Below, one piece after another: positions 27,767 through 36,414 of a stretch of DNA of 64,000 bases (position 1 is the first letter of the stretch; each line of letters begins with the position of its first letter). The notes beneath the pieces were generated by a model. That model was not told the DNA's origin and searched no databases. It saw only the letters and a list, made by a program, of their open reading frames with translations. Position numbers and translations under genes: made by a program. Location: positions 3,210 to 67,209 of the forward strand of contig JAGQMS010000002.1 in the NCBI GenBank assembly GCA_020428535.1, read 5' to 3'. This stretch comes from Candidatus Saccharimonadota bacterium. Lineage in GTDB: Bacteria > Patescibacteriota > Saccharimonadia > Saccharimonadales > JAGQMS01.

Positions 27767-29344
27767 TTATTGTAAACCGCTCTCTCTTGCTTTACGGGCA
27801 TTTCTCAACGCTTCTTGAAGACGAGCCAGATCTGGATTTTCACCATGATCAACGTGCACCATACCCTCGGCAATTGTTGGGTGTACCTGGCCCAATTGGC
27901 GATGCATCTCATTTACTACTTTCCGGTACCCTGGATGACCTTGGCTAGAAGTACGAAGTTCATGTATATGGTATGCTTCTCGTGCATTAATGGTCATCAT
28001 CCACCTCATATTATGCCCTAGCAGCGTTCCGTATTGGGCAACCGTAGTGCCGTACCTTTGCTTCAAGTGTTCATATAGTCCAGATGAAATATCGAAAGCT
28101 TCATTGAATAGATGAGCGACACCAGACTGAATCGCTAATTCTGGGATTTCTACATGACCATGATACGGAGTCAATTTCTGCCAGCGTAGATCATCAACCA
28201 TCCTATGCCTCTGTAGATCTCTGAAGATACCATAATCAGTGACGTATTCCCAGGTGTAGTGAGGGTGCTCAAAGGCTCTTCCTGGTTTATGGCGTCTGTT
28301 ATGCCGGTCCCCGATGTAGTCTTTAAGGATACTTCTAATCTCAGCATCGCTACGTTGTGACAAAATTTTTTCTATACCATCAAGCGAGATATCTGACGCG
28401 TCAAATAATACATATTTAACTACTTCAAGCTCATCTTTCGGAGTAAAGTCGTACAACTTCACGTTATCCCTGGTAACAGGTTCGCCATTTATACCTAATT
28501 CAGTTGCCCATTCTGACATTCTCTGTCGCTGGTCTAGTAGATAAGCAGACGCCATATTTCCCCTATCTGGCAAGTCTACTCTTCGCATATAATCTGGAGC
28601 AATCACCCGTGCATGTTGCAACATTAAGTTTCCGACCAGACGTGCTTCACGTAAATCACTCGCTCTCAATCTTAGAAGTAAATTCTCAAAAGATTGTGCG
28701 CTACCAACTATACCAACCGTAGCTTTGACCGATACTGGCAGTAATACACGAGCGGCATCACATGCCTGCGCTCTTAGTGTGCTAATCCATTCGCCTGGCT
28801 TGAGTTCAGGAGACTTTTCTAGAATCTCACCTAAGTAATCTTGCATGGCCCGGACCGCCTGTGAATATCTTACAAATATTTCTTCAGTCTGAGTTTCAAA
28901 GAACCTAGTATCTTCGTCGCCTAATTCAACTGGTGTGTAAAATGGGAATTTCCCATTTTCGTCCCGTCTATCAAATACTAGATAACGCGTGGATTGTTCA
29001 AGATATGACCCTAGTCTCCCCCATTCTAATATTTTTGTTAGTAAATTGGATGCTCCTTCAACTACTCCTTGCATTGTATATAATTGTGCTACCGAATCAT
29101 CTCCATATTTAAAAAAGATGTTTTGTCGAACTACAGAAGGATCTTTTCCATCATCCTGCAAAAACTCCTTACCCATTATTAACCTTAAATCATTCGGGCT
29201 ACGAGATAAACGAGCCATAGCTGTTGCTACCATTAACGGATCTGCCCCTGCCGTTGCAAAGTAGACCGGTTCATCCAACGAAGTAAACTGCCTGTCTAGT
29301 TCTGCTAATATTGCAGGATCTAGCTCTGATAATGATGCGCTCAT
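27767..29344 (-). CDS. thyX: tandem-domain ThyX-like flavin-dependent thymidylate synthase
   Basis: 525 aa, roughly twice a canonical ThyX. The N-terminal half keeps LEQSTRY (S-x-R-Y part of the ThyX motif) and the C-terminal half keeps FRDLQRHRMV (RHR part). It lies next to tmk and dcd. Confidence 0.6.
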   Translation of the reverse strand: MSASLSELDPAILAELDRQFTSLDEPVYFATAGADPLMVATAMARLSRSPNDLRLIMGKEFLQDDGKDPSVVRQNIFFKYGDDSVAQLYTMQGVVEGASNLLTKILEWGRLGSYLEQSTRYLVFDRRDENGKFPFYTPVELGDEDTRFFETQTEEIFVRYSQAVRAMQDYLGEILEKSPELKPGEWISTLRAQACDAARVLLPVSVKATVGIVGSAQSFENLLLRLRASDLREARLVGNLMLQHARVIAPDYMRRVDLPDRGNMASAYLLDQRQRMSEWATELGINGEPVTRDNVKLYDFTPKDELEVVKYVLFDASDISLDGIEKILSQRSDAEIRSILKDYIGDRHNRRHKPGRAFEHPHYTWEYVTDYGIFRDLQRHRMVDDLRWQKLTPYHGHVEIPELAIQSGVAHLFNEAFDISSGLYEHLKQRYGTTVAQYGTLLGHNMRWMMTINAREAYHIHELRTSSQGHPGYRKVVNEMHRQLGQVHPTIAEGMVHVDHGENPDLARLQEALRNARKARESGLQ

Positions 29345-29355
29345 TTGTTCCTCCT

Positions 29356-29985
29356 TTATATTCCTAATCTATCTCTACACAGTCGTCTTATTTGAAAATA
29401 AACATTATCTGGGCTGGCATTACCATCAACTAATACCCCAATGTCATGGTATGTATCTAATAAATAGTCATAACCTTTGTCAACTAGATCATGGAACTCG
29501 TCCCCTGCCTGCTCGAATCTATCAAGCTCACGCCCTGTCATACGCTTTCTAGCTTCTTCTTTTGTAACTCTAATTACCACAACCAAGTCTGGCATGTATA
29601 ACTCACCAGTTGCCATCCGGGTGAGCCGGTACATGTTGCCGATATCCTGTTCCCTACCAAAACCTTGGTATGCTACAAAACTCCACCAATTTCGATCAGA
29701 TACTAGATCTCTTCCCGAATATAGTGTAGGCGCTACGACTTCAAAAATATGCTGTGCGCGATCTGCAGATACAAGCATAGCTTCGGCCATAGGATCTAGG
29801 TTAGTTACTGAATTGTCGTGCAGGATCTCCCTTATTCGTCTGCCAATGTCGGTACCGCCAGTCTCTCTTGTTAGGCAAGCCCCTAAAGCTTCAGCAAGCC
29901 TTCTTGCTTGAGCAGATTTCCCAGCGCCCTCACCACCCTCAATTACGATGTATTTCCCTCTTTGTATCTCAACCTCAGATGCCAT
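29356..29985 (-). CDS. tmk: thymidylate (dTMP) kinase
   Basis: P-loop IVIEGGEGAGKSAQ, DRNWWSFVAYQG and a lid region. Length is 209 aa. Confidence 0.8.
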   Translation of the reverse strand: MASEVEIQRGKYIVIEGGEGAGKSAQARRLAEALGACLTRETGGTDIGRRIREILHDNSVTNLDPMAEAMLVSADRAQHIFEVVAPTLYSGRDLVSDRNWWSFVAYQGFGREQDIGNMYRLTRMATGELYMPDLVVVIRVTKEEARKRMTGRELDRFEQAGDEFHDLVDKGYDYLLDTYHDIGVLVDGNASPDNVYFQIRRLCRDRLGI

Positions 29986-30672
29986 CTAAATAGCCCTCGG
30001 AAGTTGACGTTTGTCTTTGTAGCTTCTCGGGAGCATGTCCTCAGGGCGCCAATGTTTTATTAGTTCAACCAAATCTGATGAAGACTGGTATTTTCCACTT
30101 AATTTTGAGTAATCTTCCTCGACTTCGCCAGTATGAAAAAATACTAACTGTGCAACACGTTCTCCAACTGGTAGCACGACGCTATGTTTAGTATTTAAAT
30201 TATAGATCTCCATAGTCCAGCGATTTATATAGCCTGGATCGCCCCAACCGGCGTCAAAACATACTGCAATCCCGTTCCGTCCCGTTGAACTGCGGGCTTG
30301 CATTGAAGTTGTCCCAGGACCTTTAATACCGATAAATTCGTGCGTATGGGCCAAGATTCGCTCACCAGGTGCCAGTACAATTATTGGGTGATCATCTGGA
30401 ATATTTGAAAGTAATCTGAAGCCATGTTTTTCGCACCATTGCTTATGTGGCGTAGCTTGCTGTGGATCACCAAAATAATGGTGTACGGCATGTTCGTCAT
30501 ACGGGTTGTAGATTGTAGAACCTGTTTTTCTGTCCGTACGATAAAACCATTCACCCAATGTGACGTCAATACTCGAGCCATTTATATGTTCTGGAGTGTA
30601 GGGATGAAAAACTATATGGCCATTTTTGATGGCATCGTATATCTGCAGATTGCTATATACGCCTGTATCCAT
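29986..30672 (-). CDS. dcd: dCTP deaminase / dUTPase-superfamily protein
   Basis: Start MDTGVYSNLQIYDAIKNGHIVFHPY at 30672. GSSIDVTLG, ARSSTGRNGI, GWGDPGY and VAQLVFF fit the dCTP deaminase pattern. Its stop abuts the tmk start. Confidence 0.65.
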   Translation of the reverse strand: MDTGVYSNLQIYDAIKNGHIVFHPYTPEHINGSSIDVTLGEWFYRTDRKTGSTIYNPYDEHAVHHYFGDPQQATPHKQWCEKHGFRLLSNIPDDHPIIVLAPGERILAHTHEFIGIKGPGTTSMQARSSTGRNGIAVCFDAGWGDPGYINRWTMEIYNLNTKHSVVLPVGERVAQLVFFHTGEVEEDYSKLSGKYQSSSDLVELIKHWRPEDMLPRSYKDKRQLPRAI

Positions 30673-30753
30673 TGCCCTCTCCTGTTCAACTAATGTTAAA
30701 CAATCCTTTGATGAGTAGCAATACATTACTTTTGTAGTATTGGCAACGTTGTA

Positions 30754-31299
30754 TTAAATAACTATATTATTGAAATGTATTTGTAGTTTCTTTTCTGATA
30801 AAGAATCAATCTTAGAAGCTTCAAAATAGCTAATATGTTTACCGAGATTCAGGTAGTTGGCGATACGCATTACCTCCTCAATACATGGGTATGGGTAGAC
30901 CCAGAGGCTTCGTTGCATCATATGCAGACCAAGCTTGTGCAAGCGACGGTTGAAAAATAATCTCTCTTTGTCCTTACCTTTCGGGAAGTCAAAACAAACA
31001 AAATGCCAGGAATCGTCCCATTTTTTATTATGTTGTAGCTTAATTTCATCTACTTCAGCTTTTAGAAGCCTCATAGCCCCAGCCGGCGTAAGGGTGAAAA
31101 CGTATAATTTTTCTGATTTTTTCTTAGAGCTAATCAGTTTTTGCCTGTAAAGCTCATTGTATATTTTTTTAGCTTGCTCTTCTTCAAGGTTTGTCGCACT
31201 GGCAAATGCCGAGGATTTTGTGTGGCCATTTGAAGTAATACCATCAAAGCCCTCAGTGCCTATAGTTTTTAGCGCGTTTATCAGTGCAGTTTTATTCAT
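30754..31299 (-). CDS. PaaX-like protein (winged helix plus PaaX_C/Cas2-like C-terminal fold)
   Basis: WDDSWHFVCFDFPKGKDKERLFFNRRLHKLGLHMMQRSLWVYPYP resembles the PaaX C-terminal pattern. This is motif-level evidence only. Confidence 0.35.
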   Translation of the reverse strand: MNKTALINALKTIGTEGFDGITSNGHTKSSAFASATNLEEEQAKKIYNELYRQKLISSKKKSEKLYVFTLTPAGAMRLLKAEVDEIKLQHNKKWDDSWHFVCFDFPKGKDKERLFFNRRLHKLGLHMMQRSLWVYPYPCIEEVMRIANYLNLGKHISYFEASKIDSLSEKKLQIHFNNIVI

Positions 31300-31392
31300 T
31301 ATCAAAATATTATCAACAATAACGTACAAATGAAATAATAATGTATAAAAAATCTTGACTAACAGTAGTAATTAATGTAAAATATCGATTCC

Positions 31393-31824
31393 ATGAAGAG
31401 GCTTGAAGTAGATAGACATAATCCGTTAGTTTTGCCACCGGCATATTATATGAATGCTGAGTCTGTTTCAGCTCTTTACCCTCTCGTCAACGTAGGAAAA
31501 ATTGCTTTAATTGAATTTGTGCTTACAGCTGGTGGGCTGCCTAGGTATTGTGTCATCGCAAATACACCTGGAGATATCGAATTACCAGAGATTATTGGAG
31601 CAGAGTGGGAAATTATTGACCCTGCAAAAATTGGTAGTGAAAAATTATTGGATATTGCAACTCATGGTCACAGAGTAGCCGGTACTTCGGCATACCTTAC
31701 TTCACTAATCCTGCGCGTTGAACAGATGGAAACAGCCGCCAACGAGTTCATTGAAGGATTAGACGGATACTTGGAACCGGGACTAAGTACAAATGTAGAA
31801 GCCACTGAGCTTGTGTTGGAATAG
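31393..31824 (+). CDS. hypothetical protein
   Basis: 143-aa ORF with no recognisable motif. Confidence 0.4.
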   Translation: MKRLEVDRHNPLVLPPAYYMNAESVSALYPLVNVGKIALIEFVLTAGGLPRYCVIANTPGDIELPEIIGAEWEIIDPAKIGSEKLLDIATHGHRVAGTSAYLTSLILRVEQMETAANEFIEGLDGYLEPGLSTNVEATELVLE

Positions 31825-31964
31825 TTATCCACAAAAACAGACACTATCTTAATTTAGCCTCTTTGTACTTCCGGGCTCGTTTAGTATAAAAATCTTGGAT
31901 ATAGTAACTTATTCATCAAGTCTGGTTTTAGATATTATTCCTAAATAAATCTAAGAAGCCATAA

Positions 31965-32465
31965 TCAAATACTAACCCCGAAATGTTGCAATAATCTCAG
32001 TGAGGCTGCAGTTGACCTGTGCGGAACCCTTTGTTGTTCATCGCGCATTAATTGGTATGCTGATTTTGGAGAATCGGTGCGGACAAAGCTGGGGTCTCTT
32101 TTGATAGCCTCGGGTTGAGCGTCACATTCAATAGTTGTCGCTAAATAAAGCCTAGGTGGATTATTGTGGCTAGTTAATACCGTGGCTAAGTCATGAACAG
32201 TAGCTACGCAAGATGTTGCATACGAATCTACGAATCTATCAATACAGTCCCGCACTTCCTCCGGGTACTCTACTTTGATATGAGGTAGTGCTAGCGCATC
32301 TTTATGGAGTGTACGTCTCAACACCAGTCCGCCACCACATCGAAAAAATGCAATTGCATTAACCGCATATTCTTTTGGTATCGGCAGTGTCAAATCGTAC
32401 GCCCTAAAGGGTGGTACACCTTCATAGGATACTGGCGGATGTTTGTGTCGTTTTCTTGCGGGCAT
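31965..32465 (-). CDS. hypothetical protein (possibly a degenerate Nudix-like fold)
   Basis: 166-aa ORF, GC-richer than average. AIAFFRCGGGLVLRR...LALPHIKVEYPEEVRDCIDRFV loosely resembles a Nudix core but lacks the full box. Confidence 0.35.
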   Translation of the reverse strand: MPARKRHKHPPVSYEGVPPFRAYDLTLPIPKEYAVNAIAFFRCGGGLVLRRTLHKDALALPHIKVEYPEEVRDCIDRFVDSYATSCVATVHDLATVLTSHNNPPRLYLATTIECDAQPEAIKRDPSFVRTDSPKSAYQLMRDEQQRVPHRSTAASLRLLQHFGVSI

Positions 32466-32493
32466 ATAAGTTCTTAACCCACCACTGAATGTT

Positions 32494-33480
32494 TTATAGT
32501 TCGCTGATAGCTACTCGGACGCTAGGGCCCATTGTTGTAGTAAGGAAGATACCTTTCACGTAGTTGCTCTTTACCGATGCAGGCTTAGCGGCCTTGATTG
32601 AGGCAAACACTGCATTAACGTTTTCGACTAGTTTGTCTGTGCCGAAAGAAACTTTACCGACACCAAGGTGAACGATTCCTGCGCTGTCCACGCGGTATTC
32701 AACACGACCAGCTTTTGCTTGCGCAACTGCTTTTTCGACATCGTTTGTTACTGTCCCGCTCTTTGGGTTAGGCATCAGACCCTTTGGCCCAAGGAGGCGA
32801 GCGTATTTACCGAGTTTTGCCATATTCGAAGGAGTTGCAACCAAAATATCGAAATTGATAATCTCTTTTTCAAGTTGTTGCAAGAAGTCGTCTGCTCCGA
32901 CAACGTCTGCACCTGCTTTTTTTGCTGAAGCATGTAGGTCAGCATCAGCGAAAACCGCAACTCGAACCGTTCGGCCTGTGCCGTTTGGTAATACTAAGTT
33001 GTCGCGGATATTCTGATCAGCGTGTTTTGGGTCTACTGCTAGATTTACGTGCAATTCAACTGTCGAGTCGAACTTTGTGGTTGAAGTTTTAGCAACGACG
33101 TCCAGTGCTTCTGCTAGAGAGTATTCTTTAGTCTTGTCGACAAGTGTTGATGCTTCACGGAGTTTCTTGCCAGCTCGCTCTAGGCGTGTTCTAGCTTTTT
33201 TTACAGGGGCCTTTGGCTTTTCGGATTCTTCTTCTGTGCTAGCTTTTCTCTCTTCTTTTGCTACTTCTGCTTCTTTTTCTGCAATTGCCTTAGCACTTCT
33301 TTTACCTGATTTTGCAACTTTAGCTACATGCTCTTCTGTTGGAAGTGCTTCTTTGTCGTGCTTCTTAGGAGCAACTGAAGAAATAGCTTCACGAAGTTCT
33401 GCCATTGTGTTCTTAGTGCTAAGATGCTCGATACCGAGTTCTTTAGCTTTTTTGATTAGATCTGCTTTGGTCTCTGCCAT
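32494..33480 (-). CDS. rplA: 50S ribosomal protein L1 with a ~100-aa N-terminal extension
   Basis: The canonical L1 core starts near KEYSLAEALDVV..KFDSTVELHVNLAVDPKHADQNIR...GLMPNPKSGTVT. ATG at 33480 is preceded by AAAGGA. The N-terminal extension is Lys/Glu/Ala-rich. Confidence 0.9.
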   Translation of the reverse strand: MAETKADLIKKAKELGIEHLSTKNTMAELREAISSVAPKKHDKEALPTEEHVAKVAKSGKRSAKAIAEKEAEVAKEERKASTEEESEKPKAPVKKARTRLERAGKKLREASTLVDKTKEYSLAEALDVVAKTSTTKFDSTVELHVNLAVDPKHADQNIRDNLVLPNGTGRTVRVAVFADADLHASAKKAGADVVGADDFLQQLEKEIINFDILVATPSNMAKLGKYARLLGPKGLMPNPKSGTVTNDVEKAVAQAKAGRVEYRVDSAGIVHLGVGKVSFGTDKLVENVNAVFASIKAAKPASVKSNYVKGIFLTTTMGPSVRVAISEL

Positions 33481-33532
33481 TGTTTTATCCTTTCGTGGTT
33501 CTGACGGCTTTTCACAGCCTCCCACTAATTAA

Positions 33533-33940
33533 TTATTTTGTTGGGCTACTATTTACTACATCAAGTACTCGGGTTAACTCAGAGTCATATCTTCCGTTGG
33601 ATGCTTCTGATGTTTGAGCTGCTACACCCCGAAGCATGTTTATACCAAGTACTCTCACAGAACTAGCGCCGCTTTTTAGGCCAACCGCATCCATTCTCTG
33701 CGCAAGTAACATTATTGCATGCTCTGCTAGCCTAACTCCTTCAGCAAGATGAGATAGCAATTCTAATCTCATATCGGGTGGTAATTCTCCGATTCTTTCG
33801 ATGAAGTCAGTCCAATCTACCCTGCTCACACTTGCGTCTATTTCACCTGGTGCTACTCTTTCGGCACCTTCGATATGGCTACCGCGTTTTCGCCTTCCTT
33901 CCGGCCATGTGCCAGGCAAATATGTTGCAGGAAGTGGCAT
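33533..33940 (-). CDS. hypothetical protein wedged between rplK and rplA
   Basis: 135-aa ORF whose ATG is 2 nt after the rplK stop. It ends 52 nt before the rplA ATG. GC-richer than the ribosomal genes, with no recognisable motif. Confidence 0.45.
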   Translation of the reverse strand: MPLPATYLPGTWPEGRRKRGSHIEGAERVAPGEIDASVSRVDWTDFIERIGELPPDMRLELLSHLAEGVRLAEHAIMLLAQRMDAVGLKSGASSVRVLGINMLRGVAAQTSEASNGRYDSELTRVLDVVNSSPTK

Positions 33941-33942
33941 CT

Positions 33943-34377
33943 TTACTTCTCGACCTCTACACCCATTGAACGGGCTGTGCCAGCAACTATTTTCTTGACT
34001 GCTTCTACATCGTGGGCATTCATGTCTTTCATCTTGCCTTCAGCAATTTGAGTCAATTGAGCCTGAGAAAGTTTTTTGCTAACTTTTTCAGTATTTGGTC
34101 GCCCTGAACCTTTTTCGATGCCAAGCACACGGCGAATTGCGTCGTCAGTAGGCTCACCAACTACACGAAAGTCCATTGTGCGGTCTTCGTAGATATTGAT
34201 GTGTGCTGTGACCGTTACTCCGCCCATGTCGCGAGTTGCCTCGTTGAAAGGGTTGATGAAATCCATCATGTTTACACCGTACTGACCAAGTGTGCTACCT
34301 ACTGGAGGAGCTGCACTAGCCTGGCCGGCTTTGATTTTCATTTTTAGTCTTGCTTTTACTGGCTTTGCATCTGCCAT
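33943..34377 (-). CDS. rplK: 50S ribosomal protein L11
   Basis: KAGQASAAPPVGSTLGQYGVNMMDFINPFN is the L11 N-terminal signature. Length is 144 aa. Confidence 0.95.
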   Translation of the reverse strand: MADAKPVKARLKMKIKAGQASAAPPVGSTLGQYGVNMMDFINPFNEATRDMGGVTVTAHINIYEDRTMDFRVVGEPTDDAIRRVLGIEKGSGRPNTEKVSKKLSQAQLTQIAEGKMKDMNAHDVEAVKKIVAGTARSMGVEVEK

Positions 34378-34660
34378 CTTGCTGTCCTTTCACGAGCGAA
34401 CCGAATCTCTTGCCACCTAGCTTTGTCTACTGACTCATCGCATTCTCTCACCGTACATTAGTACGGCTCGGTCATTCGACGCGCCAATATTCGCGCTATC
34501 TAACAAGATCTTCTAGTTCTTAACAGTGGTAAATTATTTCCACTGTAAACCCTGCTGGTTGTTAATTACGATTTAAATGGTGATGGGAAGTTCACAATCT
34601 TTCCATCTTGCTAATTCTGTTAGTTGATGTGAAGCACTAACAGAGTGCGTAACATATTAA

Positions 34661-34891
34661 TTATACCAGATTATCCCTGTTATTGTCTAGGTTTTCTTTT
34701 GCTTGCGGCGTGCTTGTTGATGCGACGCTCAGAACCATGCTTGTCAAAAATACTAGCCCTCCTTTTATAGGGCTACCAGTTTCTGTCAGAGCTGCTCCAA
34801 TAATTTCCCCGATTATACTCGCATGAAATGCAAGTCGTTCATAACCGGGCAATCTTGAGGTGAATTTTGAGTATCTAGTATAGAGTTCCAT
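34661..34891 (-). CDS. small hypothetical membrane protein
   Basis: 76-aa ORF with two hydrophobic segments, lying between nusG and rplK. Confidence 0.35.
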   Translation of the reverse strand: MELYTRYSKFTSRLPGYERLAFHASIIGEIIGAALTETGSPIKGGLVFLTSMVLSVASTSTPQAKENLDNNRDNLV

Positions 34892-34897
34892 GTAGAG

Positions 34898-35284
34898 CTA
34901 TATAATAAGTTCGAGCCCGGCTCGGTATGCTTTGACTCCCCGGCTTGCTGCTTTCAAAACACTTCTGTGAAAAGGATCACTTACTGGGTCAAATACTTCA
35001 GGTGCAGTTGAGCGTCTAAGCTCGTGTATAAGCACCGGAACACTGGGGTCTGTTGAAACAGAAATTGTTCCTTCTAAAAGCGATCCTACATACGGAATTG
35101 TAAATCCACCTGGATGCATTAATATATCTGGTTTACCTAAAACAGGAATCTCAACTTCTCCACTCCTAAGTTTGTGTGCTTCGGCTAAAACAGCATGGTT
35201 CGTTCTTAAGGTTTCAAGAATTCTTTCTGCTCTTGATGTCGTAGAAAAGTACTTTCCTATTCGTATAGCCGTATTTGACTTCAT
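34898..35284 (-). CDS. hypothetical protein between nusG and rplK
   Basis: 128-aa ORF that starts 14 nt downstream of the nusG stop, with no recognisable motif. Confidence 0.4.
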   Translation of the reverse strand: MKSNTAIRIGKYFSTTSRAERILETLRTNHAVLAEAHKLRSGEVEIPVLGKPDILMHPGGFTIPYVGSLLEGTISVSTDPSVPVLIHELRRSTAPEVFDPVSDPFHRSVLKAASRGVKAYRAGLELII

Positions 35285-35298
35285 ATATACTCCTAAAA

Positions 35299-35841
35299 TT
35301 ATACTTTTTTAACTTGAAGACCGTCGAGTTCAACTGGAGTTTCTCGGCCGAACATGTTGACCAAGACTTTTAGTTTGCCTTTAAGTGGGTCAACCTCTGA
35401 AATTGCGCCATCAAAGCCTTTGAATGGACCATCAACGATTGAGACAACATCACCAGTTTTGTATTCAAACTTGTGTTTTGGATCTTTCTTGCCCATGCGT
35501 TTCATGATTTTTTCCATTTCATCAGAAGCGATCGGTGTTGGCTCTGTGCCACTACCAACAAAGCCGGTGACATTTGGTGTATTTCGGACGATGTACCACG
35601 CATCTTCAGACAATTTCATCTGCACCATGACATAGCCTTGGAAGATTTTTTTCTCAACAACGCGTCTTTTACCATTCTTGATTTCAATTTGCTTTTCTTT
35701 CGGTACGACAACTTGGAAAATTTTATCTGCCATATCAAGGCTTTCAGCTCGTTGGCGGATGCTTTCTGCGACCTTTTCTTCGTAGCCACTATATGTGTGT
35801 ATTGCGTACCATTGTTTTGATGAATCGTATCTCTTTGTCAT
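35299..35841 (-). CDS. nusG: transcription termination/antitermination factor NusG
   Basis: WYAIHTYSGYEEKV NGN start and KOW motif GDVVSIVDGPFKGFDGAISEVD. Length is 180 aa. Confidence 0.93.
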   Translation of the reverse strand: MTKRYDSSKQWYAIHTYSGYEEKVAESIRQRAESLDMADKIFQVVVPKEKQIEIKNGKRRVVEKKIFQGYVMVQMKLSEDAWYIVRNTPNVTGFVGSGTEPTPIASDEMEKIMKRMGKKDPKHKFEYKTGDVVSIVDGPFKGFDGAISEVDPLKGKLKVLVNMFGRETPVELDGLQVKKV

Positions 35842-35849
35842 ATCTCTTC

Positions 35850-36254
35850 CTACTTTAAAATTACATCTCTAAATAACTTTTCAAAACCAAAGTCCAAGCC
35901 TTTTACAATTGCAGCGAGTACAAATGAGAAAATAAAGACCGCTAAGGTTAGTTTTGCGGTGGTCTTTTTATCTGGCCAGGTAACATTTTTTAACTCTCTA
36001 AAGGACTCAACGAAATACATAGGGGTGAATCTACGAGACTTGCCTAAGAATTGCCCGGCCTTTGAATCACCAGTTTTAAATGGTGTGTATTCTTTTGAGA
36101 GAATGCCGGAAACTTTGCCTTTCGTTTTTGAAGCAGTATCCGCTAACTTTCTAATTCTTGGAGTTTTATCTTTTTTTGCAGAAGACTTTACTGCTTTTTC
36201 GCGAACTGTTTCGCGCTTTCTTTTTACGACCAACTTCTTCTTTGACTCAGCCAT
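35850..36254 (-). CDS. secE: preprotein translocase subunit SecE with a Lys-rich N-terminal extension
   Basis: C-terminal FFVESFRELKNVTWPDKKTTAKLTLAVFIFSFVLAAIVKGLD is the SecE TM signature. It sits directly upstream of nusG. Confidence 0.85.
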   Translation of the reverse strand: MAESKKKLVVKRKRETVREKAVKSSAKKDKTPRIRKLADTASKTKGKVSGILSKEYTPFKTGDSKAGQFLGKSRRFTPMYFVESFRELKNVTWPDKKTTAKLTLAVFIFSFVLAAIVKGLDFGFEKLFRDVILK

Positions 36255-36377
36255 TATTTAAAACCTCCAGATATTAAAAAAGATTACCATATAGATAATC
36301 TCGTCTGCCTGTCAATATATCATAAGCTACCAAGAGTAGCAAGTATTAAGTAATAAGAAAATGTTGGAAGCTTAGAT

Positions 36378-36414
36378 CTATGTCCTTAGCACTAAGTCCT
36401 ATATACTAATAGCA
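36378..36414 (+). promoter_or_regulatory. second copy of the 37-nt promoter module, abutting the ATG at 36415
   Basis: CTATGTCCTTAGCACTAAGTCCTATATACTAATAGCA followed by ATG. It shares the 17-nt core CTAAGTCCTATATACTA with 17054-17070 on the minus strand. TATACT (36402-36407) ends 7 nt before the ATG. Confidence 0.55.
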
